A stretch of 64,000 nt of DNA from Nostoc sp. Its GTDB lineage: Bacteria > Cyanobacteriota > Cyanobacteriia > Cyanobacteriales > Nostocaceae. Made by a program: the position numbers and the translations under genes. How positions within the stretch are numbered: the stretch's first letter is position 1; the number at the start of each line of letters is the position of its first letter. Below are positions 37,887-47,630 of this stretch, one piece after another. The stretch is taken from the NCBI GenBank assembly GCA_036918135.1, contig JBALDB010000054.1, positions 93,423-157,422 on the forward strand, written 5' to 3'. The notes under the pieces were generated by a model. That model was not told the origin of the DNA, made no database searches, and saw only the letters and a program-made list of their open reading frames with translations.

Positions 37887-40800
37887 TCAGCTTTTATCTG
37901 CTTCTTTACTCCAAACATATTTACGGCAGACTTCACAAGCGGCTTTTGCTTCCTCTGTTGGTGAATTGGTGAAGATGGGATGATAACGCAACCTATCGCA
38001 ACAGACTTGCAACCATCTACGCCAACTACCACGCCATAACCGCACAGTGCCGTCGCGACCACCACTGACAATTGTCTGCCCATCGGCACTAATGGCGACA
38101 GAATTGACAATATCTTCATGACCACGCAAAGGTTCAGCTAAGGTCTGACCTTGCAGGTTCCACAACCACACTGTGCCGTCAACACCGCCACTGACAATGG
38201 TCTGCCCATCGGCACTGATGGCGACAGAATGGACAACACTCTCATGACCACGCAAAGGTTGAGCTAAGGTCTGACCTTGGCGATTCCATAACCACACTGT
38301 GCCGTCTTCACCGCCACTGACAATTGTCTGCCCATCGGCACTGATGGCGACAGACCAGACATCACCTTTATGACCACGCAAAGGTTCAACTAAGGTCTGA
38401 CCTTGCAGGTTCCACAACCTCACTGTGCCGTCTTCACCACCACTGACAATGGTCTGCCCATCAGCGCTGATGGCGACACAATAGACATCACCTTCATGAC
38501 TACGCAAAGGTTCAGCTAAAGTCTGACCTTGCAGGTTCCACAACCTCACTGTGCCATCATCACCGCCACTGACAATTGTCTGCCCATCAGCGCTGATGGC
38601 GACAGACCTAACAGCGACAGACCTAACATCACCTTCATGACCACGTAAAGGTTCAGCTAAGGTCTGACCTTGCAGGTTCCACAACCGCACAGTACAGTCA
38701 CCACTGCCACTGACAATGGTTTGCCCATCAGCACTGATGGCAACAGAAGTGACAATACCTTGATGACTACGCAAAGGTTCAGCTAAGGTCTGACCTTGGC
38801 TGTTCCACAACTGCACAGTGCCGTCAACACCGCCACTGACAATGGTTTGCCCATCGGTGCTGATGGCAACAGAAGTGACAATATCTTCATGACTACGCAA
38901 AGGTTGAGCTAAGGTCTGACCTTGCAGGTTCCACAACCGCACAGTGCCGTCACCACCGCCACAGACAATCGTCTGCCCATCAGCGCTGATGGCGACAGAC
39001 AAGACATAACCTTCATGACCACGCAAAGGTTGAGCTAAAATCTGACCTTGCAGGTTCCACAACCGCACAGTGCCGTCATCACCGCCACTGACAATTGTCT
39101 GCCCATCAGCGCTGATGGCGACAGACCAGACATCACCTTTATGACCACGCAAAGGTTCAGCTAAGGTCTGACCTTGCAGGTTCCACAACCTTACTGTGCC
39201 GTCATCACCGCCACTGACAATTGTCTGCCCATCAACGCTGATAGCGACAGACCTGACAATACCTTGATGACTACGCAAAGGTTCAGCTAAGATCTGACGT
39301 TGCAGGTTCCACAACCTTACTGTGCCGTCTTCACCACCACTGACAATTGTCTGCCCATCAGCGCTGATGGCGACAGACCAGACATCACCTTGATGACCAC
39401 GCAAAGGTTCAGCTAAGGTCTGACCTTGGCTGTTCCACAACCACACAGTACCGTCACCACCGCCACTGACAATTGTCTGCCCATCAGCGCTGATGGCGAC
39501 AGACCTAACATAATCTTCATGATCACGCAAAGGTTCAGCTAAGGTCTGACCTTGGCTGTTCCACAACCACACAGTACCGTCACTACCGCCACTGACAATG
39601 GTTTGCCCATCAGCGCTGATGGCGACAGAAATGACATCACCTTGATGACCACGCAAAGGTTCAGCTAAGGTCTGACCTTGGCTGTTCCACAACTGCACTG
39701 TGCCGTCATCACTGCCACTGACAATTGTCTGCCCATCAACGCTGATGGCGACAGAATAGACATTACCTGCATGACCACGCAAGGGAATGGAGACTCTTGC
39801 TTTATTCATCACCCGATTCAAACTGTTCTGAACTGGTGCAAGAATCTGCTGGGATAGTTTCTCTTGATTCTCACCCATTGTCTGAATTGCCAGAATTAGA
39901 CTATCTAAAGGTTGAAAGAGTAATAAATTCTCCACCCTGGCTGCCTTTTCTCGCAATCGTGATTCAGTAAGCGCTCTTTCCAGTTCGGCAATGCGGTCTT
40001 TTTCATGGGCATCACTGCACTGATAAAAATCTTTATCTTCTCGCGGTAATCGCAAATAGGGCTGCAATTGTTGCCAGCTATCCCTGACTTCTGCCAGCAA
40101 TCCCCCTTGCATCAAATATTTGTCATCCTGTCTTTTATTGAACCATTCCCGCCGGGTATCTTCTAACCTGTCGCTCAACCGCCGCAAGTCTCGGTCTTGT
40201 TGTCGCCACTGGGCAAATTGCTGCCAACCTTCAATTAAAGCCTCATGGGCTAAATCAATCCAAGCTTCTCCCTTTTCATCTTTCCCTGTAACCAACAAGC
40301 GTCCTTTAACTAATCCAGCTTCACCATCTAGCAACTCACTAAGTTCTTGCTGTTGATTGGCATCATCACCTGCAATATTTAAGAGTGTGGCTTTCGGTTG
40401 GCGCTGTCGGGTGTCTTTTTCCCCCTCTCCCGTTCGCACTAAGCGCAGAAAAATTCGCCCAATCCATTCTTTCTCTTGCTGAGTGCGTTCTGCGGTTGGA
40501 GATTCCTCCTCATAATCTTGGTAAAGATAAACATTTTCTGCATGGAGATTCAACGCCCCGGTTAATTCTCCCAACTTTTCATATTCTTCTAGGGTGAGTT
40601 GATGTTTTTGACGATCGCGTTTTTCCCAGAGTTTAGTTAAAGCAAACTCCAACAAAGGCAAAAACCCTGGTTCTTGTTTCACATCTTCTAAAATCTTCAG
40701 TACTAGCCCTTCTTCAACACTATGACCTTGAAGCTTAGCAGGTTCGGTAATAGTATCCTTTAAATCAACTCCGACTAAAGGTGGCATATAAACCGCCTGG

Positions 40801-42125
40801 GTTTGAATCAGATTAGTTAGCGAGGGATATTGCAAACAGGGTTCGAGAAAATCCGCTCGCATGGTAATTACAACTGCTAACCGCGAATCGGTAATCTCTA
40901 CTACCTGAGTCAATAAGTCAATAAATCTCTGCTTTTCTTGCTGAGTAGCACCGCCAGTAAATACTTCCTCAAACTGATCTACCACCAGCAAAAGTTTTGC
41001 TGTAGCAGGGATATTTTCGATAATTGCAGATAAACCACTCTGTTGATTTTCAATCAAATCCTTCAGTTGCTTCTCTTTTTTAGCTCCTGGAAAAAATTGT
41101 TGAAAAGCTCCGCGCAACTTAATTAAAGGTTCAAATCCTGGTTTAATTGGTTCTAAGACTTGCCACTCACTATCATCTAATTGGGGAATCAAACCCGCCC
41201 GCACTACTGAAGATTTGCCACTCCCCGACGCGCCAATGATGGGGACAAATTTAGCCAAGTCGAGTTTCTGTTGAATATGGTTAACTACTTTTTGACGACC
41301 AAAAAAGAATTTTGCGTGTTGCTTGTCAAAAGCTTCTAACCCCCGATAGGGACATTCGTCAAGTACTTCTGTAATAACTACTAATTTCTTGGGTGGATAC
41401 CAAACCAAAGGAATTGACCTACCACCGCCCATGTAAATTGGTTCTTGTCCACTTCCCTTAAGTTCCCGTGAAATGGAGCTAATCAAATCATTGACATTAA
41501 TTTCCCCGGTAGCTTCATCAGCTTTGTCCTCAGCCAGTCCTTTGAGAATTGCTTTGGTGAAAATTCCACCTTCAGCATCTTCTCTAGCTCTTTCAAAGGC
41601 ACGAGAGGCTGTAATTAAGCTGTAGTCTTGTTTACTATTGAAAACAGAGAAACCAGACTTGATAAAACTCCTCTCTAATAAAGACCCAGCATAGCAGCAG
41701 TCCAGCAATACTACCAAGCTGCTGAGTTGAGATTTAGCGATTAAAGTGTTGAGGTCATCAAAGGCGATCGCATTTTGTCCATCTTTGTTACAATCCGATG
41801 TTGCCAAATACCCTTTAGCTTCACCTGTAAGGCTGGGTGCTTCAAATCCATGTCCGGCAAAATAAATTAATGCTTCCGCACCTTTGGCTTTTTCTAACAG
41901 AAATATTCTCAGTGCTTGTCCGAGTTCCTTACCAGTTAACTTTTTATCTGCTGTAATCTCCCAGCGATTCTCACTCTCGATTAACTTGCTAGGTAAAGGC
42001 TGAACATCAAACCGTCCTTGTTCGCGCAGCAGTTGGGTGATTTGTTGTGCATCATTGACAGCCTTTGGTAGGTTGCTGAAATTGTCATACTTGGCAATTC
42101 CCAGCACCAGCGCATATCTAGCCAT
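37887..42125 (-). CDS. NLR-like protein: caspase (peptidase C14) - nSTAND1 NTPase - 14 WD40 repeats
   Basis: RYALVLGI, YFAGHG and LLDCCYAG dyad motifs; CPYRGLEAF..FFGR, GASGSGKSS, LLVVDQFEE, LPLLEFAL, DLAHEALI; 14 x 42-aa WD40 units. Confidence 0.93.
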   Translation of the reverse strand: MARYALVLGIAKYDNFSNLPKAVNDAQQITQLLREQGRFDVQPLPSKLIESENRWEITADKKLTGKELGQALRIFLLEKAKGAEALIYFAGHGFEAPSLTGEAKGYLATSDCNKDGQNAIAFDDLNTLIAKSQLSSLVVLLDCCYAGSLLERSFIKSGFSVFNSKQDYSLITASRAFERAREDAEGGIFTKAILKGLAEDKADEATGEINVNDLISSISRELKGSGQEPIYMGGGRSIPLVWYPPKKLVVITEVLDECPYRGLEAFDKQHAKFFFGRQKVVNHIQQKLDLAKFVPIIGASGSGKSSVVRAGLIPQLDDSEWQVLEPIKPGFEPLIKLRGAFQQFFPGAKKEKQLKDLIENQQSGLSAIIENIPATAKLLLVVDQFEEVFTGGATQQEKQRFIDLLTQVVEITDSRLAVVITMRADFLEPCLQYPSLTNLIQTQAVYMPPLVGVDLKDTITEPAKLQGHSVEEGLVLKILEDVKQEPGFLPLLEFALTKLWEKRDRQKHQLTLEEYEKLGELTGALNLHAENVYLYQDYEEESPTAERTQQEKEWIGRIFLRLVRTGEGEKDTRQRQPKATLLNIAGDDANQQQELSELLDGEAGLVKGRLLVTGKDEKGEAWIDLAHEALIEGWQQFAQWRQQDRDLRRLSDRLEDTRREWFNKRQDDKYLMQGGLLAEVRDSWQQLQPYLRLPREDKDFYQCSDAHEKDRIAELERALTESRLREKAARVENLLLFQPLDSLILAIQTMGENQEKLSQQILAPVQNSLNRVMNKARVSIPLRGHAGNVYSVAISVDGQTIVSGSDDGTVQLWNSQGQTLAEPLRGHQGDVISVAISADGQTIVSGGSDGTVWLWNSQGQTLAEPLRDHEDYVRSVAISADGQTIVSGGGDGTVWLWNSQGQTLAEPLRGHQGDVWSVAISADGQTIVSGGEDGTVRLWNLQRQILAEPLRSHQGIVRSVAISVDGQTIVSGGDDGTVRLWNLQGQTLAEPLRGHKGDVWSVAISADGQTIVSGGDDGTVRLWNLQGQILAQPLRGHEGYVLSVAISADGQTIVCGGGDGTVRLWNLQGQTLAQPLRSHEDIVTSVAISTDGQTIVSGGVDGTVQLWNSQGQTLAEPLRSHQGIVTSVAISADGQTIVSGSGDCTVRLWNLQGQTLAEPLRGHEGDVRSVAVRSVAISADGQTIVSGGDDGTVRLWNLQGQTLAEPLRSHEGDVYCVAISADGQTIVSGGEDGTVRLWNLQGQTLVEPLRGHKGDVWSVAISADGQTIVSGGEDGTVWLWNRQGQTLAQPLRGHESVVHSVAISADGQTIVSGGVDGTVWLWNLQGQTLAEPLRGHEDIVNSVAISADGQTIVSGGRDGTVRLWRGSWRRWLQVCCDRLRYHPIFTNSPTEEAKAACEVCRKYVWSKEADKS
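38035..39783 (-). repeat. 14 highly similar 126-bp WD40-coding tandem repeats
   Basis: Near-identical DNA units (…cgcaaaggttcagctaaggtctgaccttgcaggttccacaacc…) recur every 126 bp. Confidence 0.92.
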
Positions 42126-42194
42126 ATAATCTAACCTGGCATCTGTTTTTACGTAATCTTACCAAGAATAACTTAAAGATTAACTGAGGCTATT

Positions 42195-42530
42195 ATGTCA
42201 GAAGTGCAACGTTTAATTATCAAAGAAGACGATCTAGAATATGAAATCTACGTAGAATCAAATACCGCTCCTGAGGTTCCAGAAGAAGAAGAACCAGGAT
42301 ACCGTGATGGTTTACCCACGTTGAATATTCAAGAATTTCAAGGCAAGATTCGTAATTATGCCAAATTAGCTGTTGGTGCATTCAAGAATTTACCTGATGC
42401 TGAAGAGGTAACAGTTAAGTTTGGTATCAAATTGGGTGGTAAAACTGGCATTCCATTTTTAACTGAAGGCTCGGCGGAGAGTAATTTTGAAATTGAAGTT
42501 AAATATAAGTTTCCGGAAAATAAGCCATAA
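42195..42530 (+). CDS. Trypco1 / CU044_2847-family small protein
   Basis: Acidic N-terminus then EVTVKFGIKLGGKTGIPFLTEGSAESNFEIEVKY, the E-V-x-V-x-F-G-I-K beta-hairpin pattern of this family. Confidence 0.75.
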   Translation: MSEVQRLIIKEDDLEYEIYVESNTAPEVPEEEEPGYRDGLPTLNIQEFQGKIRNYAKLAVGAFKNLPDAEEVTVKFGIKLGGKTGIPFLTEGSAESNFEIEVKYKFPENKP

Positions 42531-42560
42531 ATACCAATAGTTGGATTATTAGGCTTAATA

Positions 42561-42691
42561 TGATGTCCGGCTGAATTAACCATAATACCCGAAACCACAC
42601 CCCGCAAAAGCTGTGCTTTAGCTTCCCTAAGAGCTTGCTCTTAGGGGTTAGGGGTAGGGTTCTTTTATTATGGGTGATTTGGCGGACATGA
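42561..42691. mobile_element. MITE-like element, family C
   Basis: Imperfect TIRs ATGTCCGGCTGAATTAACCATAATA ... TATTATGGGTGATTTGGCGGACAT between convergent genes. Confidence 0.55.
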
Positions 42692-42703
42692 CCAACTTTA
42701 ACA

Positions 42704-44617
42704 TTACAAACTGCTTTTAGGAGTTTCTATAGTCGCAGGTTGCTTAGTATTGGTAAGTTCTTTTTGAGGATTTTTCTGATTACTTTGATTATCTGTTTTA
42801 GGTAGTACTTGTTTGGCAAGATTTTCAGCGGCTTGTTGAAATAATGGTTCTATTTTATTTCGCCAATATTGAGTATTGGGCAATTTTTCAGGATGGTTTC
42901 TATAATCTAAAACTTTATCCCATTTACCATCATCTATTGCTTTGTTAATCTCATTAGATAACGCCTCCGCCTTAGCCCAGTCATCTTGCCACTGGGTGAT
43001 GACTTTACCTGTTTCTTGGATATCAGAAGCAGCCTTTGTCGGAACTGATTTTAAAAGTGCGATCGCTCCAACTAAATCTCCGGATTCATACTTATTTCTT
43101 GCTTGTGCTAAAACCTGGGCACTGTTATCGCTAGGTTGCGATCGTTCTGATTTTCCAGTAGCAACAGTTGACGCTTTTGATTTTTCTGGTAATGAGGTTC
43201 CTACATCTTGAGATTTTGGTTTTGGCTGGGGAATTGGTCGAGTAGTAATTAAAGTACTATCATCTATTGTCTTAGTTGCAATGCCTTTTTCCCGCAGGCA
43301 AGAAGCCGATTGTTGTTTATTGGCTATCACATCTGGATGTGCCCAAGCCAAACGTCCTGATTTGAGTTTAACTTCTATCCAACCTCGTTTTGTTTGCTTG
43401 CCTGTTACCTCGAAGCTGGTATTATCACCAACGGTTTGCAAAATATTATCAGAATTTATCGAACTAGGTTGAGAACGAATATTAGAATTTCCGACAACAA
43501 CAGCCGAGCATTTGTTTACTAAAGCGCTATCGTTACCTGTCAAATTAGCAGCTAAATTTTTCACATTCGGATATACATTTGCGACTAAAGCAGCTGCACC
43601 ACCTGCCAACAATATACCAATTAATATCGGCCAGGGGTCGGATTTGCTAGAGTTCTGAGGGACAGGTCTAGGGGGGACAGGATTTGCTGGTGCAACTGCA
43701 ATAGTGTGCTGGTGAGATACTGGTTGGGGTCGGGATTTGGTTGCTTGGTAGCTGGAATTTTTAGCAGATTCTTGAGATATGGAAAGTGCAGCTACAGGAT
43801 TGATTGCCTCTTGACATGCTTGCAATGCTTCTGTGGCGCTTTGGTAGCGGTCTTTGAAGTGATAACGCACCATCTTACTCAACACTGCTGCTAGGCGATG
43901 GTTCACGGTTACTATATGACGCCAGATGATTTCCCCCGTTTCCGGGTCTTCTTGTAATTCTGTTGCTTGCAGCCCTGTTAATGCTTGAATGGCAATAATT
44001 CCAAGGGAATAAATATCACTGTTGGGGCGGGGTTTACCTTGCCCTTGTTCTGTGGGCATATAGCCAGGAGTGCCGATAACCACCGTAGCAGAAGGCTGTC
44101 CGCCAACTGTCACCATTTGTGTACGCAGTTGCTTGACCGCCCCAAAATCTACTAAAACTAACTTATTATCTAAGGCGCGACGGATGATATTATCTGGTTT
44201 GATGTCGCGGTGAATCACACCTTGGCGATGGACAAAATCGAGAATTCCTAGAACTTCCTGCAACAGTTGAATTACTTGGCTTTCACTCCAGCGCTTACCA
44301 GCTAAAAGTTCCTCAGCTAAGGTATGTCCTTCAATATATTCTTGTACTAAATAGAATTCTTGGTTTTCGTCAAAGTAAGCCAGTAGTCTGGGTATTTGGT
44401 CATGATAACCGAGTTTTTCTAAAGTTTCGGCTTCGTTGTTGAATAGGCGCTTAGCTGTATCAAAAACTCTGGGGTCAGTTCCGGGTTTGAGGTGCTTGAC
44501 AACGCAAATAGGGTTACCTGGCCGCCTGGTATCTTCCGCAATGTAGGTTTGACCAAATCCTCCTGTGGCCAGAACTCGAATTATTTGGTAACGGTGGTCT
44601 AGTAGCTTGCCTATCAT
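42704..44617 (-). CDS. Hanks-type Ser/Thr protein kinase with TM and extracytoplasmic SH3b-like domain
   Basis: Start MIGKLLDHRY at 44617; GGFGQTY, CVVKHL, HRDIKPDN, DFGAVK, GTPGYMP; TM WPILIGILLAGGAAALVA; SNIRSQPS...GWIEVKL..GRLAWAH. Confidence 0.92.
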   Translation of the reverse strand: MIGKLLDHRYQIIRVLATGGFGQTYIAEDTRRPGNPICVVKHLKPGTDPRVFDTAKRLFNNEAETLEKLGYHDQIPRLLAYFDENQEFYLVQEYIEGHTLAEELLAGKRWSESQVIQLLQEVLGILDFVHRQGVIHRDIKPDNIIRRALDNKLVLVDFGAVKQLRTQMVTVGGQPSATVVIGTPGYMPTEQGQGKPRPNSDIYSLGIIAIQALTGLQATELQEDPETGEIIWRHIVTVNHRLAAVLSKMVRYHFKDRYQSATEALQACQEAINPVAALSISQESAKNSSYQATKSRPQPVSHQHTIAVAPANPVPPRPVPQNSSKSDPWPILIGILLAGGAAALVANVYPNVKNLAANLTGNDSALVNKCSAVVVGNSNIRSQPSSINSDNILQTVGDNTSFEVTGKQTKRGWIEVKLKSGRLAWAHPDVIANKQQSASCLREKGIATKTIDDSTLITTRPIPQPKPKSQDVGTSLPEKSKASTVATGKSERSQPSDNSAQVLAQARNKYESGDLVGAIALLKSVPTKAASDIQETGKVITQWQDDWAKAEALSNEINKAIDDGKWDKVLDYRNHPEKLPNTQYWRNKIEPLFQQAAENLAKQVLPKTDNQSNQKNPQKELTNTKQPATIETPKSSL

Positions 44618-44780
44618 ATTCCCTCCCCAGAGCGATCGCCTAATTTTTCCACTAGTAATAAATATCTCCAAATTTTCTTCAATGAAATCCGCTATCTTGA
44701 GAAAAGATTTAGATTAAAAATATAGCTTTTTAATAAACGCAGACTGTTTATTTTTCTTTTAGTGCCCCTATTTATTACCA

Positions 44781-45269
44781 ATGCCACCTAAAATAACAAA
44801 TTCAGTTGCATGGCAGCAGGCTGAAATCCTCATGCAACCTGCTTTTATTCGCGTTATCGACAATATCCGCAAGCAGCTTGATGAATCTTCTTGGACGGGA
44901 ACTTACCATGATGTCCTGATTTGGCCGCCTAACACCACTGATGAAATCAAAGCATTGGTGAGTGAACTGTTGCAAGCAATAGAAACCGCAACACCCGAAG
45001 AAGCTGATGAAATCAGACAGACTCTAGCTCGTCTGCCAATGCCCCATCCAGGATATCATTTACTTTTGCAGCGTCAACAGCAACAAGCGAGTATCGATTT
45101 GTGGGAGTTGTGTTATCAAGTATGTTTTATTGAATACAACCAAGAAAAGGAAGCGGCTAATATTGATACTAGTTTAATTGATGAACTCGGTGAAGTGGAT
45201 TGGCTGCGTTTGGATGCCAAGGCAAAGCAATTAGTTGAGCAAGCGTTTGCCAATTTACCTGAAAGTTGA
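44781..45269 (+). CDS. Conserved cyanobacterial hypothetical protein
   Basis: W.QAE.LMQPAFIRVIDNIRKQL..S.W.G.Y ... DLWELCYQVCF ... VDW..LD.KAK pattern. Confidence 0.8.
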   Translation: MPPKITNSVAWQQAEILMQPAFIRVIDNIRKQLDESSWTGTYHDVLIWPPNTTDEIKALVSELLQAIETATPEEADEIRQTLARLPMPHPGYHLLLQRQQQQASIDLWELCYQVCFIEYNQEKEAANIDTSLIDELGEVDWLRLDAKAKQLVEQAFANLPES

Positions 45270-45274
45270 AGCCT

Positions 45275-45373
45275 TATAGCAAGAGGCAGGAAGCAAGAGG
45301 CAGGAGGTAGAAACTGTTTATGTCTGGTTTTAATTCTTGCATTTTGTACCTCACTCACTTGCAATCTGCTGTA
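45275..45373 (-). repeat. Family A dispersed repeat (truncated variant)
   Basis: Shares GGAGGTAGAAACTGTTTATGTCTGGTTTTAATTCTTGCATTTTGTACCTCACT with 54869-54974 and the reverse complement of 47631-47764. Confidence 0.8.
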
Positions 45374-45374
45374 A

Positions 45375-45498
45375 TAGACTTCTTGCATAAATTAAAAAAA
45401 GAACCCCAAAGAGCTTTTGACCTACGCCTAAGTTTCCCCTAAAAGCAAGCGGGGAGAGGCTGGGGGTGGGGTATTAGGGGATTTTTGCAAGAGGTCTA
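45375..45498. mobile_element. MITE, family B, second copy
   Basis: TAGACTTCTTGCA...TGCAAGAGGTCTA TIRs; abuts the family A copy. Confidence 0.75.
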
Positions 45499-45683
45499 AT
45501 GAATCAATTCGCAATTTGCAGATTGTAATTACAAATTGTTCGGTTATGTTAGCAAAATAAATTAATACTGATAGTCTACCTTAGGGATAAACATAGTTTC
45601 TGAGAAATTCCTTATCCTCATTTATAGAGCTCATCAAGATTTGGATGGCAATAAATGTTGGTACTAATCCAGCAAGGATATAA

Positions 45684-46727
45684 ATGGTTGATAGCCAAAG
45701 GCAAACGATTACACACGACCTCATTGTTATTGGAACATCGGCAGGCGGAGTGGAGGCTTTAACTTATTTAGTTCGGCAGTTGCCAGCTGACCTAAATGCT
45801 GCTGTAATTGTAGTTCTTCATGTAGCCACTCAAAGCCCTAATGTTCTGCACTACATATTGAATAGTGCTGGAAATTTACCAGCCTTTCTAGCTGAGGATG
45901 GTGAAGCAATCAAGACCGGACAAATTTACGTTGCCCCAGCTGATTACCATTTGTTGGTGAAACCGGGATATTTGCAATTGACACGGGGGCCAAAAGAGAA
46001 CCATCATCGCCCTGCTATCGATCCATTATTTCGCACTGCGGCACGAGCTTACGGACAGCGAACGATCGCTGTAGTTCTAACGGGTATGCTAGATGATGGC
46101 ACCGCAGGACTGACAGCAGTGAAAATGCGCGGTGGGATCGCAGTTGTGCAAAACCCTGATGATGCATTGTATCCGGGAATGCCAAATAGTGCGATCGCCA
46201 ATGTAGAAGACATTGATTATATTTTGCCACTGTCAAAAATTCCATCCATCTTAGTAGCTCTGGCTAATACACCAACGGCAACAGAAGCCCAAAACCCTGT
46301 ACCAAGCCAAATGGAGTATGAATCAGATATGGCGCAATTAAATACAGAACTACTAGAAAATAGCATTAACCCCCCTGGTAAACCATCAACCTTCACCTGT
46401 CCTGATTGCGGTGGCACACTCTGGGAGATCAAGGAGGGGAAAATGTTGCGCTTTCGCTGCCACGTAGGTCATGCATTTGGTGCAGAAACCTTACTAGCAA
46501 TGCAATCAGAGAAAATGGAAGAGGCGTTGTGGAGTGCTATTAGGGCACTGCAAGAGAAAGCTAAGCTATCACAGCAGATGGCTTCAAGAATGCGCGATCG
46601 CAACCAACTGGCGACAGCAGAGGAATTAGAACAACAAGCTCACGATGCTCGGCAGCGCTCTGTTTTTATCGAGGAAGTTCTAGACCTCAGCAATAAAAAA
46701 CGTAAGGGACTTCCGAATAAAGAATAA
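45684..46727 (+). CDS. cheB: Stand-alone CheB-type methylesterase with C-terminal Zn-ribbon/helical extension
   Basis: IGTSAGG, VLHV, VAPADYHL, RPAIDPLF, LTGMLDDG; no receiver domain; TCPDCGG.LW...FRCHVGH. Confidence 0.88.
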   Translation: MVDSQRQTITHDLIVIGTSAGGVEALTYLVRQLPADLNAAVIVVLHVATQSPNVLHYILNSAGNLPAFLAEDGEAIKTGQIYVAPADYHLLVKPGYLQLTRGPKENHHRPAIDPLFRTAARAYGQRTIAVVLTGMLDDGTAGLTAVKMRGGIAVVQNPDDALYPGMPNSAIANVEDIDYILPLSKIPSILVALANTPTATEAQNPVPSQMEYESDMAQLNTELLENSINPPGKPSTFTCPDCGGTLWEIKEGKMLRFRCHVGHAFGAETLLAMQSEKMEEALWSAIRALQEKAKLSQQMASRMRDRNQLATAEELEQQAHDARQRSVFIEEVLDLSNKKRKGLPNKE

Positions 46728-46763
46728 TCAAGGCTTTGGGGAGCAGGGGAGCAAGGGAGAGTG

Positions 46764-46994
46764 TAAATACGATTCATCTCCCTCAAAGCTTTGTTTATCC
46801 ACCTCAAACACTCATTCATGAATATCAAAGACTCATTAATGAAGTTCAAAGACTCATTCACGAATATTAAAGACTCATTAATGGAGTTCAAACACTCATT
46901 GATGAAGTTCAAACACTCATTTACGAATATCAAAGACTTATTAATGGAGTTCAAACACTCGTTGATGAATATCAAAGACTCATTCATCTCTCTC
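46764..46994. repeat. 21-bp tandem array (about 9 good units + 2 degenerate)
   Basis: Units AAA(C/G)ACTCATT(C/A)A(T/C)GAA(T/G)(A/T)TC starting at 46806, 46827 ... 46974. Confidence 0.85.
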
Positions 46995-47025
46995 GAAACT
47001 TCAAACTCCCCTGCGCCTCTGCCTC

Positions 47026-47093
47026 TCGGTCACTGAGCGTACTCCTACGGAGAAGCAGGCTACGCGTAGCGTCTCGTAGAGAAGCCGAAGTGC
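47026..47093. repeat. Nested small dispersed repeats (SDR-like)
   Basis: TCGGTCACTGAGCGTA[CTCCTACGGAGAAGCAGGCTACGCGTAGCGTCTCGTAGAGAA]GCCGAAGTG; the inner part is related to 33030-33072. Confidence 0.5.
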
Positions 47094-47199
47094 TGCCCCC
47101 TACTCCCCTGCTCCTCTGCTCCCCTGCCCCTCTCCCGTCTTAATGATAAGTCTTTAACCCAACACTATATTATCTTTCAATTGAGCAACGCCGGATTCT

Positions 47200-47544
47200 T
47201 TACTGAGAGCGATCCTTTTGCTGCTCTAAATGAGCCTCCAATCCTTTTTGAAATTCTATCGCTGCTTCAATATAGCTTTGAGTAGCATTTATATGCGCTT
47301 GTAAAGCTTCGGTCAATACTTCTGTTGAGCGATTTTCTGCTAATTCTTGCGCCTTATCCATAGATTCCTGTGCATGTTTTTGAATATTTTTTCCATGCTC
47401 TACAATGCGTTGACCGCGTTCTTGCTCGGTTTGGTCGCTGTTTTGCAACGTATGACCAATTTCTTCGACAATTTTGCCATGCCTTAGGGAAGTTTTGGCA
47501 TGTTCGAGTTCCTCTTGTGCTACTTGTGGTGAAATCTCACGCAT
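47200..47544 (-). CDS. Small helical E/Q/H-rich hypothetical protein
   Basis: 114-aa ORF with amphipathic helical composition and an internal repeat (RHGKIVEEIG / ERGQRIVEHG). Confidence 0.65.
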   Translation of the reverse strand: MREISPQVAQEELEHAKTSLRHGKIVEEIGHTLQNSDQTEQERGQRIVEHGKNIQKHAQESMDKAQELAENRSTEVLTEALQAHINATQSYIEAAIEFQKGLEAHLEQQKDRSQ

Positions 47545-47630
47545 AATGTCAATACCTGTATTATATTATGTCCGGTTGAAAAGTTATGATATCTGTGAGG
47601 GTCGGTAATGGGCAATGGGTAATGGGTAAT

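Noticed and set aside
37712..37972. 86-aa ORF, and likewise 45116-45388 and 47520-47729
   Set aside because: These run through MITE or tandem-repeat DNA; spurious translations.
38035..39783. WD40 variability as a diversity-generating retroelement target
   Set aside because: No reverse transcriptase or non-coding template repeat in the window, and the variable codons are not obviously adenine-restricted. Repeat recombination explains it better.
46764..46994. 21-bp repeats as a CRISPR array
   Set aside because: Units are directly adjacent with no unique spacers; no cas genes or leader are present.
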